Source: Candidatus Altimarinota bacterium (GTDB taxonomy: Bacteria; Patescibacteriota; Gracilibacteria; JBDHUY01). Taken from it: a stretch of DNA of 64,000 nucleotides. The notes under the pieces are model-generated. The model was not told the origin of the DNA. It saw only the letters and a list, made by a program, of their open reading frames with translations, and ran no database searches. Positions 40,381 to 49,242 of the stretch are shown here, one piece after another. Position 1 is the stretch's first letter; each line of letters opens with the position of its first letter. Both the position numbers and the translations under genes were made by a program. The stretch covers positions 1 to 64,000 of the forward strand of contig JBDHUY010000009.1 of assembly GCA_039809385.1 (NCBI GenBank), written 5' to 3'.

Positions 40381-40677
40381 ATGAAATCAGCTTTACGGCC
40401 TCTGGCAATCGTTCTGACTCTTGGACTCGTTCTAACATTTTCCCATCAAACAGCAGTCGATGCTTCGGGATCATATAATCCAAAAGATTACGGAGAAACG
40501 ACTTCCTTTGTAGTAGAAAGATCTGAAAAATCTGCCAGACAATCTTTCCCCATCTGCCGTCATTACCGGCAGTGCTTTCCAGTAATCTGCGATGCCCGCA
40601 CTGACCCGCATTATTGCGATAATGTGCCAAAGCAAGAATGTTTCTGGACTACCGTATGTCCGGATGAGAATTTATAA
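40381..40677 (+). CDS. Small secreted protein D: signal peptide plus stand-alone six-Cys module
   Basis: Signal peptide ending VDA; C-x5-C-x4-C-x8-C-x7-C-x5-C; has its own promoter and terminator. Confidence 0.85.
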   Translation: MKSALRPLAIVLTLGLVLTFSHQTAVDASGSYNPKDYGETTSFVVERSEKSARQSFPICRHYRQCFPVICDARTDPHYCDNVPKQECFWTTVCPDENL

Positions 40678-40703
40678 ATTTTGAAGTGAACTAAAAAAAT
40701 CTC

Positions 40704-40737
40704 AAAAAAGAGTGTGGCGGCCCCACACTCTTTTTTT
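40704..40737. terminator. Bidirectional intrinsic terminator
   Basis: AAAAAAGAGTGTGG-cggccc-CCACACTCTTTTTTT between convergent genes. Confidence 0.88.
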
Positions 40738-40898
40738 ATCTATTAGATTCTCCTTCAAGGATGGAGCAGGGGTGTGTTTTTCGATCCGAATAGTGTGAAA
40801 AGTAACTCTTTGTGAATAATAGCAGTTACTAGAGTAGAGCCCTGGAGAAAGTTTTCTTCAACATCCGTATCCATTGGATTGGAACTTATTTTTTCCTT

Positions 40899-42295
40899 TT
40901 ACGGTGCAGTCAGGACAACCTCTATCGGAAATGGCTTTCCTACATACCCCAATGGTGCAACTTCTACTCTGGCAAAAACCGTAACTTTGCGTTTTTCTCC
41001 CGAAGGAATCCCTTCCATTTTATATTCGTGCTGCACGGGCTCAGCTTTTTGATTTTCGAGGGGAACACGTACCTCCGGGGAGCCATCACCAAAGTCATAA
41101 ACGACTTCCTCCAGAGCAGAAGATGCCGCATCTCCACGGTTCTGGTTCTGGGGAGCCATAATACTCACGAAATAACCATTGACAGCGAGTTTGTTTTTTC
41201 AACGTAGGTAATATAAGCCCCCAGTAAATCTACTCGTACAGGTTTGAACAGCTTTTTATGAGCCCCGACGCCATCTTGTATGTCATATTCAATCTCATAG
41301 GGCCCATCTCCGGGAAAAGTTACTACCAACACATCACCATTTCGAGTATTATCACGAGACTGATATAACTCTCGTACAAGTTTAATATTTCCCTCCTGAT
41401 CTTTTTCTTCAACGACCCTCCATATTTTAAAATTGGGAAATGTATATGCCGGAACATCTGTATCTTGATCCTGCTTTCCGGGCGTCCTCCCGCTGGCGTC
41501 GAATTGAAATAACCACGTATAGGCATTTTGTGGAATCGCTTTAACCCGGTCGATCAGATCAAAACTGAGGGGGACATTGATTGTCTCCTCACGTTTGCCA
41601 TCAGTACTAATAGAAATCTCAACACTTGTATAGCCGTTTTCTTTTAGCTGATTTACCAACTCTGGACTCAGATTTTGGGTAATCCTTCCTGTACCGGCGG
41701 GTAGGTTGCTAATATCATCCCGGATGATGAGCGGTTCTTTAAGTGGCGGAATACTTTTGAATTGATATTTCAAGACGACTTTTGGTTTTTGTTTTCCTTT
41801 GATGTCTGGCCGGACAACGTCAACATCAAGTCGATTGAATGGCAGGCTCGAATCGAGTAAAATAGGCTCGGCATGTAATGACCACGTTTCGCTTTGTTTT
41901 TCTCGTTGCTCCTTGCTCGGCGGTGACAGGATAACGGAAACATCATTTCCGGGCGTAGAAACTTCGGCGCCAGGCGTTTGTCCGGAAGGTGCGGCGGGTG
42001 AGGATACCGGAAGAGATTGAATCTTTGACTGACCGTCTTCAACTATATCCGTACCCGACCGGACGGCCGCCGGTTCTGGTTTCGGGTGGGGCGACTGAGC
42101 GTGCGCCGTAAAGCGATCATGTAAACCGACAAATGGAGCAGCGAGAGTAACAACAAGAGGACCAGCGATCTTGGCAAAGCCTTGACGGATTTTTTGGAAC
42201 GGGAAGATTGCGGAATTCTGCTCTACCTGTGTATCTGGACTTTCGGCTATCGTTTCCGGCTTGTGAGAAGAACCTTTTGGCAAAGAGTTTCTCAT
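40899..42295 (-). pseudogene. Secreted PKD/Ig-like protein split by a frameshift (ORFs 41165-42295 and 40899-41168)
   Basis: One extra A in the A6 run at 41194-41199 fuses the ORFs. The downstream part has PKD-like YDFGDGS; there is an internal signal peptide ending AHA. Confidence 0.6.
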
Positions 42296-42513
42296 AGGGA
42301 GAGAAGAAAAAAACTAGTCGTTACGCGTACAAATTTAAATTAATTCAAAGCGGAAATAAGTAGCACTATATATACGTTGTCGTTTTTCATTTCTTTTGAT
42401 CGAAAGAAAGTCTCCCATATTCAGAAATTAATCATACATATAACTATTTCTTCTATGGTAGCATAAAAGGCACGCTTCTTCCAGAAAACCAGGGGACACC
42501 CAGTTTATGGAAC

Positions 42514-43584
42514 TCAGGCAGCCTGGTCGACTCTGACCATATCCGGAGAGACCATCTCAGCCGATTCGCGAGTCGCGATAGGAATAATCCGTTCCCGGAT
42601 TTCTTCCTCAGTCAGCGTTTCCAGACTTTCTCCAGGACGAAGACACAGCACGGGACATTCAGCTGTAAATATCGAATATACATGTTGTGCCCCCTTTCCT
42701 GTGGCATAATCGAAATCTTCTTTGGATGGCTGAAAACGTAATTCCACCCAAGAAGGAACATCAATCTCTCCTGCAGGTCTGACAAATTCCGGGCGAGGAT
42801 TGACCGGGTTAGTACCGGAAGCAAGACTTAGTTTAGTTTTTACCGGAGGGAGAGATACGATACCTCCTTCTCCAGAGTCGGAAAGATTGAAAGGTCGCAG
42901 AAGTATGGCGCTACACAAATACCCTACCGGCAGTGGTTCTGGAATGACGATAGAAATAGCATCACGGGAACAAGTCTTCAGCAAAGTTTCCACTGTCTCA
43001 CGTCCATCGATATCCGATTGCATCAGAAAGTCAGGCACAAATTTACCGGATGTATGCTCCTGAGTATATCGATTTCCCTCAGCTAGCAAAGACAATACAG
43101 ACTTCAATTGTTCATACTCGGGCATGGGCAGTCGGGTAGGAATTTTTCTTATAACTTCGGGAGTAAGTCTTTTTTCTGTCGCAATACGAGACAAGGTCTC
43201 CGGAAATTTTGCCAAAAGTGTACGACGTTCTATTTCTTCAACGGAAAGTTCAGCAGGGATTCTTTCTTTCGCCTCAACTTGATCAGCAAAAGATAGACCA
43301 CTTGCAGCAACTCCTACCGCTCCTACTGCTAATTTTTTTAAAGCATGTCGTCTACTTGGAGTAAATTCTGAGATAGAAGGTTTTAAGGAAGCAAGCGTCA
43401 AACGGACATGAGCTTGATAAAATCTCGAGAACCGACCTCTAAAAGAGCCAATATGTCCCTTTATAACGTCAGCCTTTTCTCTGAGAGCAGTACTACCTTT
43501 ATTAAAAACGGCAGTACCTTGATCGACCATCTTTCTCCCTTTAGCCTGAAAATCAGCATGGAACTCTTTGAGGGTCTGGCTCAT
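42514..43584 (-). CDS. Hypothetical exported protein with an internal twin-arginine-like signal
   Basis: SRRHALKKLAVGAVGVAASGLSFADQVEA at about residues 77-105. Confidence 0.7.
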   Translation of the reverse strand: MSQTLKEFHADFQAKGRKMVDQGTAVFNKGSTALREKADVIKGHIGSFRGRFSRFYQAHVRLTLASLKPSISEFTPSRRHALKKLAVGAVGVAASGLSFADQVEAKERIPAELSVEEIERRTLLAKFPETLSRIATEKRLTPEVIRKIPTRLPMPEYEQLKSVLSLLAEGNRYTQEHTSGKFVPDFLMQSDIDGRETVETLLKTCSRDAISIVIPEPLPVGYLCSAILLRPFNLSDSGEGGIVSLPPVKTKLSLASGTNPVNPRPEFVRPAGEIDVPSWVELRFQPSKEDFDYATGKGAQHVYSIFTAECPVLCLRPGESLETLTEEEIRERIIPIATRESAEMVSPDMVRVDQAA

Positions 43585-43952
43585 AAAATAAAGGATTACA
43601 AATTAAAAATATGCCTCCTCCTTCCTGTAATAACCGTAAAGCTGATCTCACAATAACAGCCACTTGTCAATTTGTCCAGTTTTCGGGATAAATTTTTCAT
43701 AAGAAATGTTACTCGTCTCGAATAAAAATGTAAAACATGTTACACATCTTGTGTTGTTTTTTTCCCACGCCGAAGAGCAAAATATGCTGCACCATAAAAA
43801 TAAAATAACCCCAAATTCACTTGAATCAAAATACCTGCCAATTTTATTTGACAATCTATATTTTTCCTTCCCCGCCACTTTCGACTGGCAAACGCAGGTA
43901 TATTCGTTTAAGCTGCGAATATATATCGCTTTATTCGTCACTGACATTCACT

Positions 43953-44765
43953 GTGAACAAGCCAGCCGTCCAGATACGCAATTTAAGCTTCGGATTCAGC
44001 CAGCAGCTGCTGTTTCACCATCTCGATCTCGAGATCGCAGAGGGCGAATTCGCCGGGATAGTCGGCCCTAGCGGATCGGGCAAAACTACTTTGCTCAAAA
44101 CCATGCTCGGCCTCGTCCGTGCGCCAAGAGATACCGTATTTATCCTGGGACAAGATATTCGCAAACAACTCCCCAACGGCCTCGCCTACGTCCCCCAGCG
44201 GGAAAGTATCGACTGGTTCTTTCCCGTCACTGTCGAACAAGTCGTCGCCATGGGTATCCGGGACCGGTCCAGTCACTGGCCGTGGATCTCCCTGGAAGAA
44301 CGAAAGGAAATACGGAAAGTACTGAATCAACTTGAGATAGACTCCCTGGCTAAACGTCACATCCGCGAACTTTCCGGCGGACAACAACAGCGAGTCTTTT
44401 TGGCGCGGGCACTGATACACAAACCTCGCATTCTCATCCTGGACGAACCGACCAACGGGATCGACGTCAAAACCCGCCACATGTTGCTCCATGTATTATT
44501 GGATCTGCACAAAAAAGGCATGACTATCATTCTCACCACCCACGACCTGAATGCCGTAGCCGCCCATTTACCCCAAGTCATCTGCTTTAACGGCGGGATA
44601 ATCGCCAAAGGCGCTCCTCGAGACATATTTACCGAAACCAATCTGAGTAAAACCTATGATGCCCCGCTCGAAGTCATCCGGCACACCGGCGTCATGGGAG
44701 CGGGATTGATCGTGACCGAGAAAATGCCGCATCGGCACGAGGGGGAGGGGAAGTATAAGGTATAA
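43953..44765 (+). CDS. Metal (Zn/Mn) ABC transporter ATP-binding protein, ZnuC/MntA-like
   Basis: GPSGSGKT, YVPQ...DW.FPVTV, LSGGQQQR and LDEP. GTG start inferred. Confidence 0.92.
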   Translation: MNKPAVQIRNLSFGFSQQLLFHHLDLEIAEGEFAGIVGPSGSGKTTLLKTMLGLVRAPRDTVFILGQDIRKQLPNGLAYVPQRESIDWFFPVTVEQVVAMGIRDRSSHWPWISLEERKEIRKVLNQLEIDSLAKRHIRELSGGQQQRVFLARALIHKPRILILDEPTNGIDVKTRHMLLHVLLDLHKKGMTIILTTHDLNAVAAHLPQVICFNGGIIAKGAPRDIFTETNLSKTYDAPLEVIRHTGVMGAGLIVTEKMPHRHEGEGKYKV

Positions 44766-44980
44766 AGTAGTAAGTATAATGTATGAACAGCTTGAATCTA
44801 CTGCTAATTCTACGCTCAGTGCAGGTCTTATCAGGGGAAAAAAGAAACATAGCCTGGTCTGTTAATTTTGCACTTTGCATTTTGAACTTTTAATTTTGCA
44901 GCCCCATGGGTCTGCTGCGATAAATGTCCGCTGCCTCTCAATTTATAATTCATCATTCATAATTAATAATTTCCCTTCCC

Positions 44981-45817
44981 ATGTCTCTTCTCGATCCCTT
45001 TCAATACCAGTTCTTCGTTAATGGCTTTATTGCGGCCGCCATTATCGGAGCGCTGACCGGACTGATCGGCGTCTTCGTGATTCTGCGTAAAATGAGCTAT
45101 ATCGGCCACGGACTGTCGCATTCGGTATTTGGCGGAGCGGTGCTAACCTATATTCTGGGCTGGAATTTCTACCTGGGGGCAGGTATCTGGGGATTTCTGT
45201 CCGCCCTGCTTATTTTTGCAATTGGCAGGAGCAAAAAAATTGGCGCCGACGCCGCGATCGGTATCGTTACAACTGCGAGCTTCGCTCTAGGAGTAGCGAT
45301 TATCAGCCGTGTACGAAATTTTACGCGCAATTTCGAAGCGGCGCTGTTCGGAAATATTTTGGGAACAACGGAGAGCGATGTGATCATCATCCTGGCGATC
45401 GCGCTCGTGGTAGGCATGATCATTTTCTTTTTCTACCGGCCTTTGTTGTTTACCAGTTTCGATCCTGAGACTGCGCATGTCTTTGGTGTACGCGAGCAAC
45501 GCTATGAAATCCTGTTCGCCCTCATCTTGGCAATCACCATTATCGCCTCAATCCAGATTCTGGGAGTAACGCTCATCGCCGCCACCCTGGTTATTCCAGC
45601 CAGCATTGCCCGTATCAGCACCGACAGTTTTGGCAAAATGCTGGTCATTTCAACGATCATCGGGAGTATCTGCGGCATAACCGGTATGTATCTGAGCTAC
45701 TATCTAGATATTGCTTCCGGGGCTGCCATTGTCCTGACCGCTACCGTCTTCTTTGCCCTGGCAAGTTATCTCTTTTCCGGCAACCAGAAACCAACCGTCA
45801 ACGAACACATCCACTAA
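44981..45817 (+). CDS. Metal ABC transporter permease, ZnuB/MntB-like
   Basis: GVFVILRKMSYIGHGLSH, LFGNIL and SFDPE.A. Confidence 0.92.
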   Translation: MSLLDPFQYQFFVNGFIAAAIIGALTGLIGVFVILRKMSYIGHGLSHSVFGGAVLTYILGWNFYLGAGIWGFLSALLIFAIGRSKKIGADAAIGIVTTASFALGVAIISRVRNFTRNFEAALFGNILGTTESDVIIILAIALVVGMIIFFFYRPLLFTSFDPETAHVFGVREQRYEILFALILAITIIASIQILGVTLIAATLVIPASIARISTDSFGKMLVISTIIGSICGITGMYLSYYLDIASGAAIVLTATVFFALASYLFSGNQKPTVNEHIH

Positions 45818-45859
45818 GTCATTCTAAGCGAAGCGAAGAGCCCCGCAGCGAAGAATCCC
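45818..45859 (+). repeat. REP/MITE-like palindromic element end (GTCATTCT..GCGAAGCGAAGA..CC family)
   Basis: Related copies at 49119-49146 (inverted), 9226-9263 and 62837-62882. Confidence 0.6.
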
Positions 45860-45871
45860 GAAGACACGAGT

Positions 45872-46438
45872 CTACCGGCTTGTTGCTATCCCCTGCAACT
45901 CCTGTTTCAACTCCCGATAATTGGGAAACACCTCCCGGAGCAAGTCCCAGAATTTTTTGCTGTGGTTCATTTCTCTCAGATGACATACTTCGTGAGCCAC
46001 CACATAATCTCGTAAACTGGGTGGCAGGAAAGCGACCCGGTAGTTGAAACTGAGATTTTTGGCCGTGGAACAGCTCCCCCAACGGGAACTTTGATTACGA
46101 ATAGACAGTTTTTTGAAGGAGGTATTGTAAAGATGCGCGAAAAAAGCGGCCCGGGAGAGTAAAACAGCGCGGGCTTCTTCTTTTTTTTCGAGATACTCTT
46201 CCCGGCTTTGGCGAGAAGTGCTCGAGAGACGCGGCGGGAAGCGGGTCACCATATCCTTGACCCACTCGCGCTTGGAACGCAAAAAACGATTCAGGAGAAA
46301 CAGCGGATAATGCTTCGGCGCAGTGAGGGACAATCCGCTGCGGGCATTATACGATAACGTGACGCTTCTGACCCCCCTGCGCCGTACCAACCGGTATGGC
46401 AGGGGTTGGGAGAAAGATCCCAGGGAAAGAGTATGCAT
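45872..46438 (-). CDS. YgjP/DUF45-family zinc metallohydrolase
   Basis: SRWGSCS, DYVVAHEVCHL and NHS..FW. Confidence 0.9.
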   Translation of the reverse strand: MHTLSLGSFSQPLPYRLVRRRGVRSVTLSYNARSGLSLTAPKHYPLFLLNRFLRSKREWVKDMVTRFPPRLSSTSRQSREEYLEKKEEARAVLLSRAAFFAHLYNTSFKKLSIRNQSSRWGSCSTAKNLSFNYRVAFLPPSLRDYVVAHEVCHLREMNHSKKFWDLLREVFPNYRELKQELQGIATSR

Positions 46439-46604
46439 AGATTGCGAGGAATAAGCCCGATGGCAAAACCAAAATAACCGCTAAAGATTACGGGAAGAAA
46501 AGGATTCTCAGCAAGAAGAAGGATTATAAAACAATGAGGAATATTTCACGATAAGTTTTTTCTTCACCTCTTACAGCTCTATACGCTTTTTCGCAAAGAA
46601 ATAT

Positions 46605-47066
46605 TTAACGCATTGTTCGTTCATAACGGCCGATCAGCTCGGCGTACCCCAGTACATGACCCTTCAATGCTTCCTCAATCTCTTTTTTAGAAGATCCGTG
46701 ATGCAAAGGGAGCGTCGTATCGAGAGCATACAATTTAAAAAAATAGCGGTGCTCCCGGTCGGGAGGACAAGGACCCTGGTATTCGTTCTTCCCCAAAGTA
46801 TTGCTCCCGATAATAGCCTTTGAAACGCCTTTTCCTTCTTCTATGACCATTATATCAGGCGGAATATTAAAGACAACCCAGTGATCCCACATACCGTCGG
46901 CCCGCAAGTGTTTAGGTACATCGGGGTCATCCACCAGGAGCACCAGACTGTGCGCATTATCCGGAACGTCTTCAAACAAAAGCGGAGGATTAATATTATC
47001 GCCGTCGCAGGTGTAGCGTAGCGGAATCAGGCCATTATGGCGAAATGCCGGGCTGGTCAGTTGCAT
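46605..47066 (-). CDS. YbhB/YbcL family (PEBP / Raf kinase inhibitor-like) protein
   Basis: YTCDG, DPD, HWVVFNIP, GPCPP and HRYFFKLYALD. Confidence 0.93.
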   Translation of the reverse strand: MQLTSPAFRHNGLIPLRYTCDGDNINPPLLFEDVPDNAHSLVLLVDDPDVPKHLRADGMWDHWVVFNIPPDIMVIEEGKGVSKAIIGSNTLGKNEYQGPCPPDREHRYFFKLYALDTTLPLHHGSSKKEIEEALKGHVLGYAELIGRYERTMR

Positions 47067-47571
47067 ACATTTCTAGAAGAAAAGCTGATACGAAGAGTAT
47101 AGACTAACCGATCCCAAAAGCGAAGAAAACCAAACAAAATAATCCAAAAATACAAAACATACCCTGAGGAAGAATAACGAATGGATACCAAGCCGAGTTT
47201 AATAAAGAAACTCAAATCAACCCGCCGGGCGAACAAAACTCACATGGTAGAATTAACACGTGGTAGACTCTCTTCCTGTGTCTCATATGCCCAGGAAATA
47301 TGCAGAGCCCCTTCAGGCGACTTTTTGAAGCAAATATTGTGTCTCTTTTCTTATTTTCGTGACCCGAGCATCCCCGGACTCCGGACGAGCCGGCGTGACA
47401 ACCCCGGCGATTCTAGCGCCCTTGTCTTTCAGTCATGCTGGATTATCCAGCATCCGGGAACACATCAAACGTATAAAACTCACGTTGTGACGAGGTCTCA
47501 TAGTTAAACAGGCCGGGATTCCCCTGACGGCAGCATGTTTTGACTTTTGACTATTACGTTTTGAGATTTCT

Positions 47572-48966
47572 CTAATATATTTCCAGCAATTTCATGAGCA
47601 ATCGAATGGGTGCTCCTGCCGATCCCTTGGACAACTGGTCGTGCTCGGCGACAACCATACGCGGAGCAATATCCAGATGAACCCATGGAAATTTCTTCGC
47701 AAACTGGTGCAAAAATACAGCCGCCGCAACGGACGACCCCATGAAACGTGAAGTCAGACTGATCTGCATAAAGTCAGCAAAGCGCCCCTTGATATCTTCT
47801 TCATACTCTTCCCAAAGGGGCAAAGGCCAGACATAATCGCCACTCTGTTCTCCCAAATCCCGGAATAGTTTTTCGAGTTTCTCGTCCGGGGTAAACAAGG
47901 CGCTCGCTTTATTCCCGAACATGAGCATCGCTGCTCCGGTAAGCGTGGCGACGTCAACTACTAATCGAGGGTTATACCGTTCCGCATAGGTCAAACCGTC
48001 GGCCAGGATCACACGGCCTTCGGCGTCGGTATTGTAAATCTCGACAGTTTTGCCCGACATCATCTTGATAATATCTCCGGGACGATAACTCGATCCTGAT
48101 GGCATATTTTCGACCAGCGGAATCAATCCCACGACATTTTTTTTGAGACGGATCTTCGAAGCGGCCAGCAGCGTATGAGCAACGGCAGCCCCCCCGGACA
48201 TATCCATGTGCATTCCCATCAAACCGTCAAAAGGCTTGAGATTCAAACCGCCCGAATCGAAAGTAACCCCTTTTCCTACCAGCACAATCGGTTTCTCCTT
48301 TTTGGTTCCTCCGAAATATTCCAGGATCAAGAACCGGGGCTCCTGAACCGACCCGCGCCCAACAGCCAGAACTCCGTTCATGCCGAGTTTTTGCATTTCC
48401 TTAACCCCAAGCACCTTGGCTTTTACGGAAGTTTTACGGGCGGCAGCGATAATCTGTTTCACAAATTCTTCCGGGTATAGCTCGTTTCCGGGCATATTGC
48501 AAAGAGCACGCGAGGCATTGATTTCGGTACCGATGATCTGTCCCTGCTCAAAACCTTTTTTGATATGGGACGTAGGAACTTCGGTCACGATCACGATTTC
48601 TTCGACACTTTTCCACCCCTCTTTGGGTGGGGTTTTATATTTGGTAAAAGCAAAATTGACCATTTCGAAGTTGATTCCCATCATTTCGGCCAATTCTCGA
48701 TCATCAATCTCCAAATGTGAAAACGAAAAATCGGAGAAATTGAGCGCAATACGCTGGAATTTATGTGACTTGGCCAGCGTAACAACCTTACGCAAGAAAG
48801 GAACCAGTTTACGCCTGGTCATTTTTTTGGGATCTTCCAGCCCCAGCCGGATCTCTTTCTGACCACTGGGAAGCAGCAGAACCTCAGTATCTTTGCTCTT
48901 GATTACGGTAACGAGCGCAATCTCTTTATTGGTAGGTTTTTGGGTGGAGAAGGTGATTTTTATCAT
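47572..48966 (-). CDS. pepA: Leucyl aminopeptidase (M17)
   Basis: VGKGVTFDSGG, DMSG, NTDAEGR, ATLTGA and HLDIA. Start at ATG 48966. Confidence 0.95.
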   Translation of the reverse strand: MIKITFSTQKPTNKEIALVTVIKSKDTEVLLLPSGQKEIRLGLEDPKKMTRRKLVPFLRKVVTLAKSHKFQRIALNFSDFSFSHLEIDDRELAEMMGINFEMVNFAFTKYKTPPKEGWKSVEEIVIVTEVPTSHIKKGFEQGQIIGTEINASRALCNMPGNELYPEEFVKQIIAAARKTSVKAKVLGVKEMQKLGMNGVLAVGRGSVQEPRFLILEYFGGTKKEKPIVLVGKGVTFDSGGLNLKPFDGLMGMHMDMSGGAAVAHTLLAASKIRLKKNVVGLIPLVENMPSGSSYRPGDIIKMMSGKTVEIYNTDAEGRVILADGLTYAERYNPRLVVDVATLTGAAMLMFGNKASALFTPDEKLEKLFRDLGEQSGDYVWPLPLWEEYEEDIKGRFADFMQISLTSRFMGSSVAAAVFLHQFAKKFPWVHLDIAPRMVVAEHDQLSKGSAGAPIRLLMKLLEIY

Positions 48967-49118
48967 AGCTGATTGTTTAAACAACGGACATAAAGAAAGA
49001 AAAACTTTGTCTCTACTATACGAATGAAAATCCCAAGTTCCAAATCCAAATTTCAAATAATACGATCCAGGGGAAATGAGAGTTTTATCCTGAGATTTTG
49101 ATTGTTTCAAGAGTGTCA

Positions 49119-49146
49119 GGGATTCTTCGCTTAGGCTCAGAATGAC
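49119..49146 (-). repeat. REP/MITE-like element end, inverted relative to 45818-45859
   Basis: GGGATTCTTCGCTTAGGCTCAGAATGAC. Confidence 0.6.
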
Positions 49147-49242
49147 TGCAGGGTACACCATAACAATAAATCCGCCAATCCTCCCGGCCCATATCGGGGA
49201 TCTTAACGTTCTGGGAGGAGCTGATTACGTACCGCGAGCATT

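Noticed and set aside
43703-43748. Zur-like box (GAAATGTTA...) upstream of the metal ABC genes
   Set aside because: Only a half-site matches and it lies over 200 bp from the inferred start.
47181-47507. 108-aa ORF or possible ncRNA between ybhB-like and pepA
   Set aside because: It has no protein-like motif and the region contains degenerate REP-like palindromes. No ncRNA family was recognisable.
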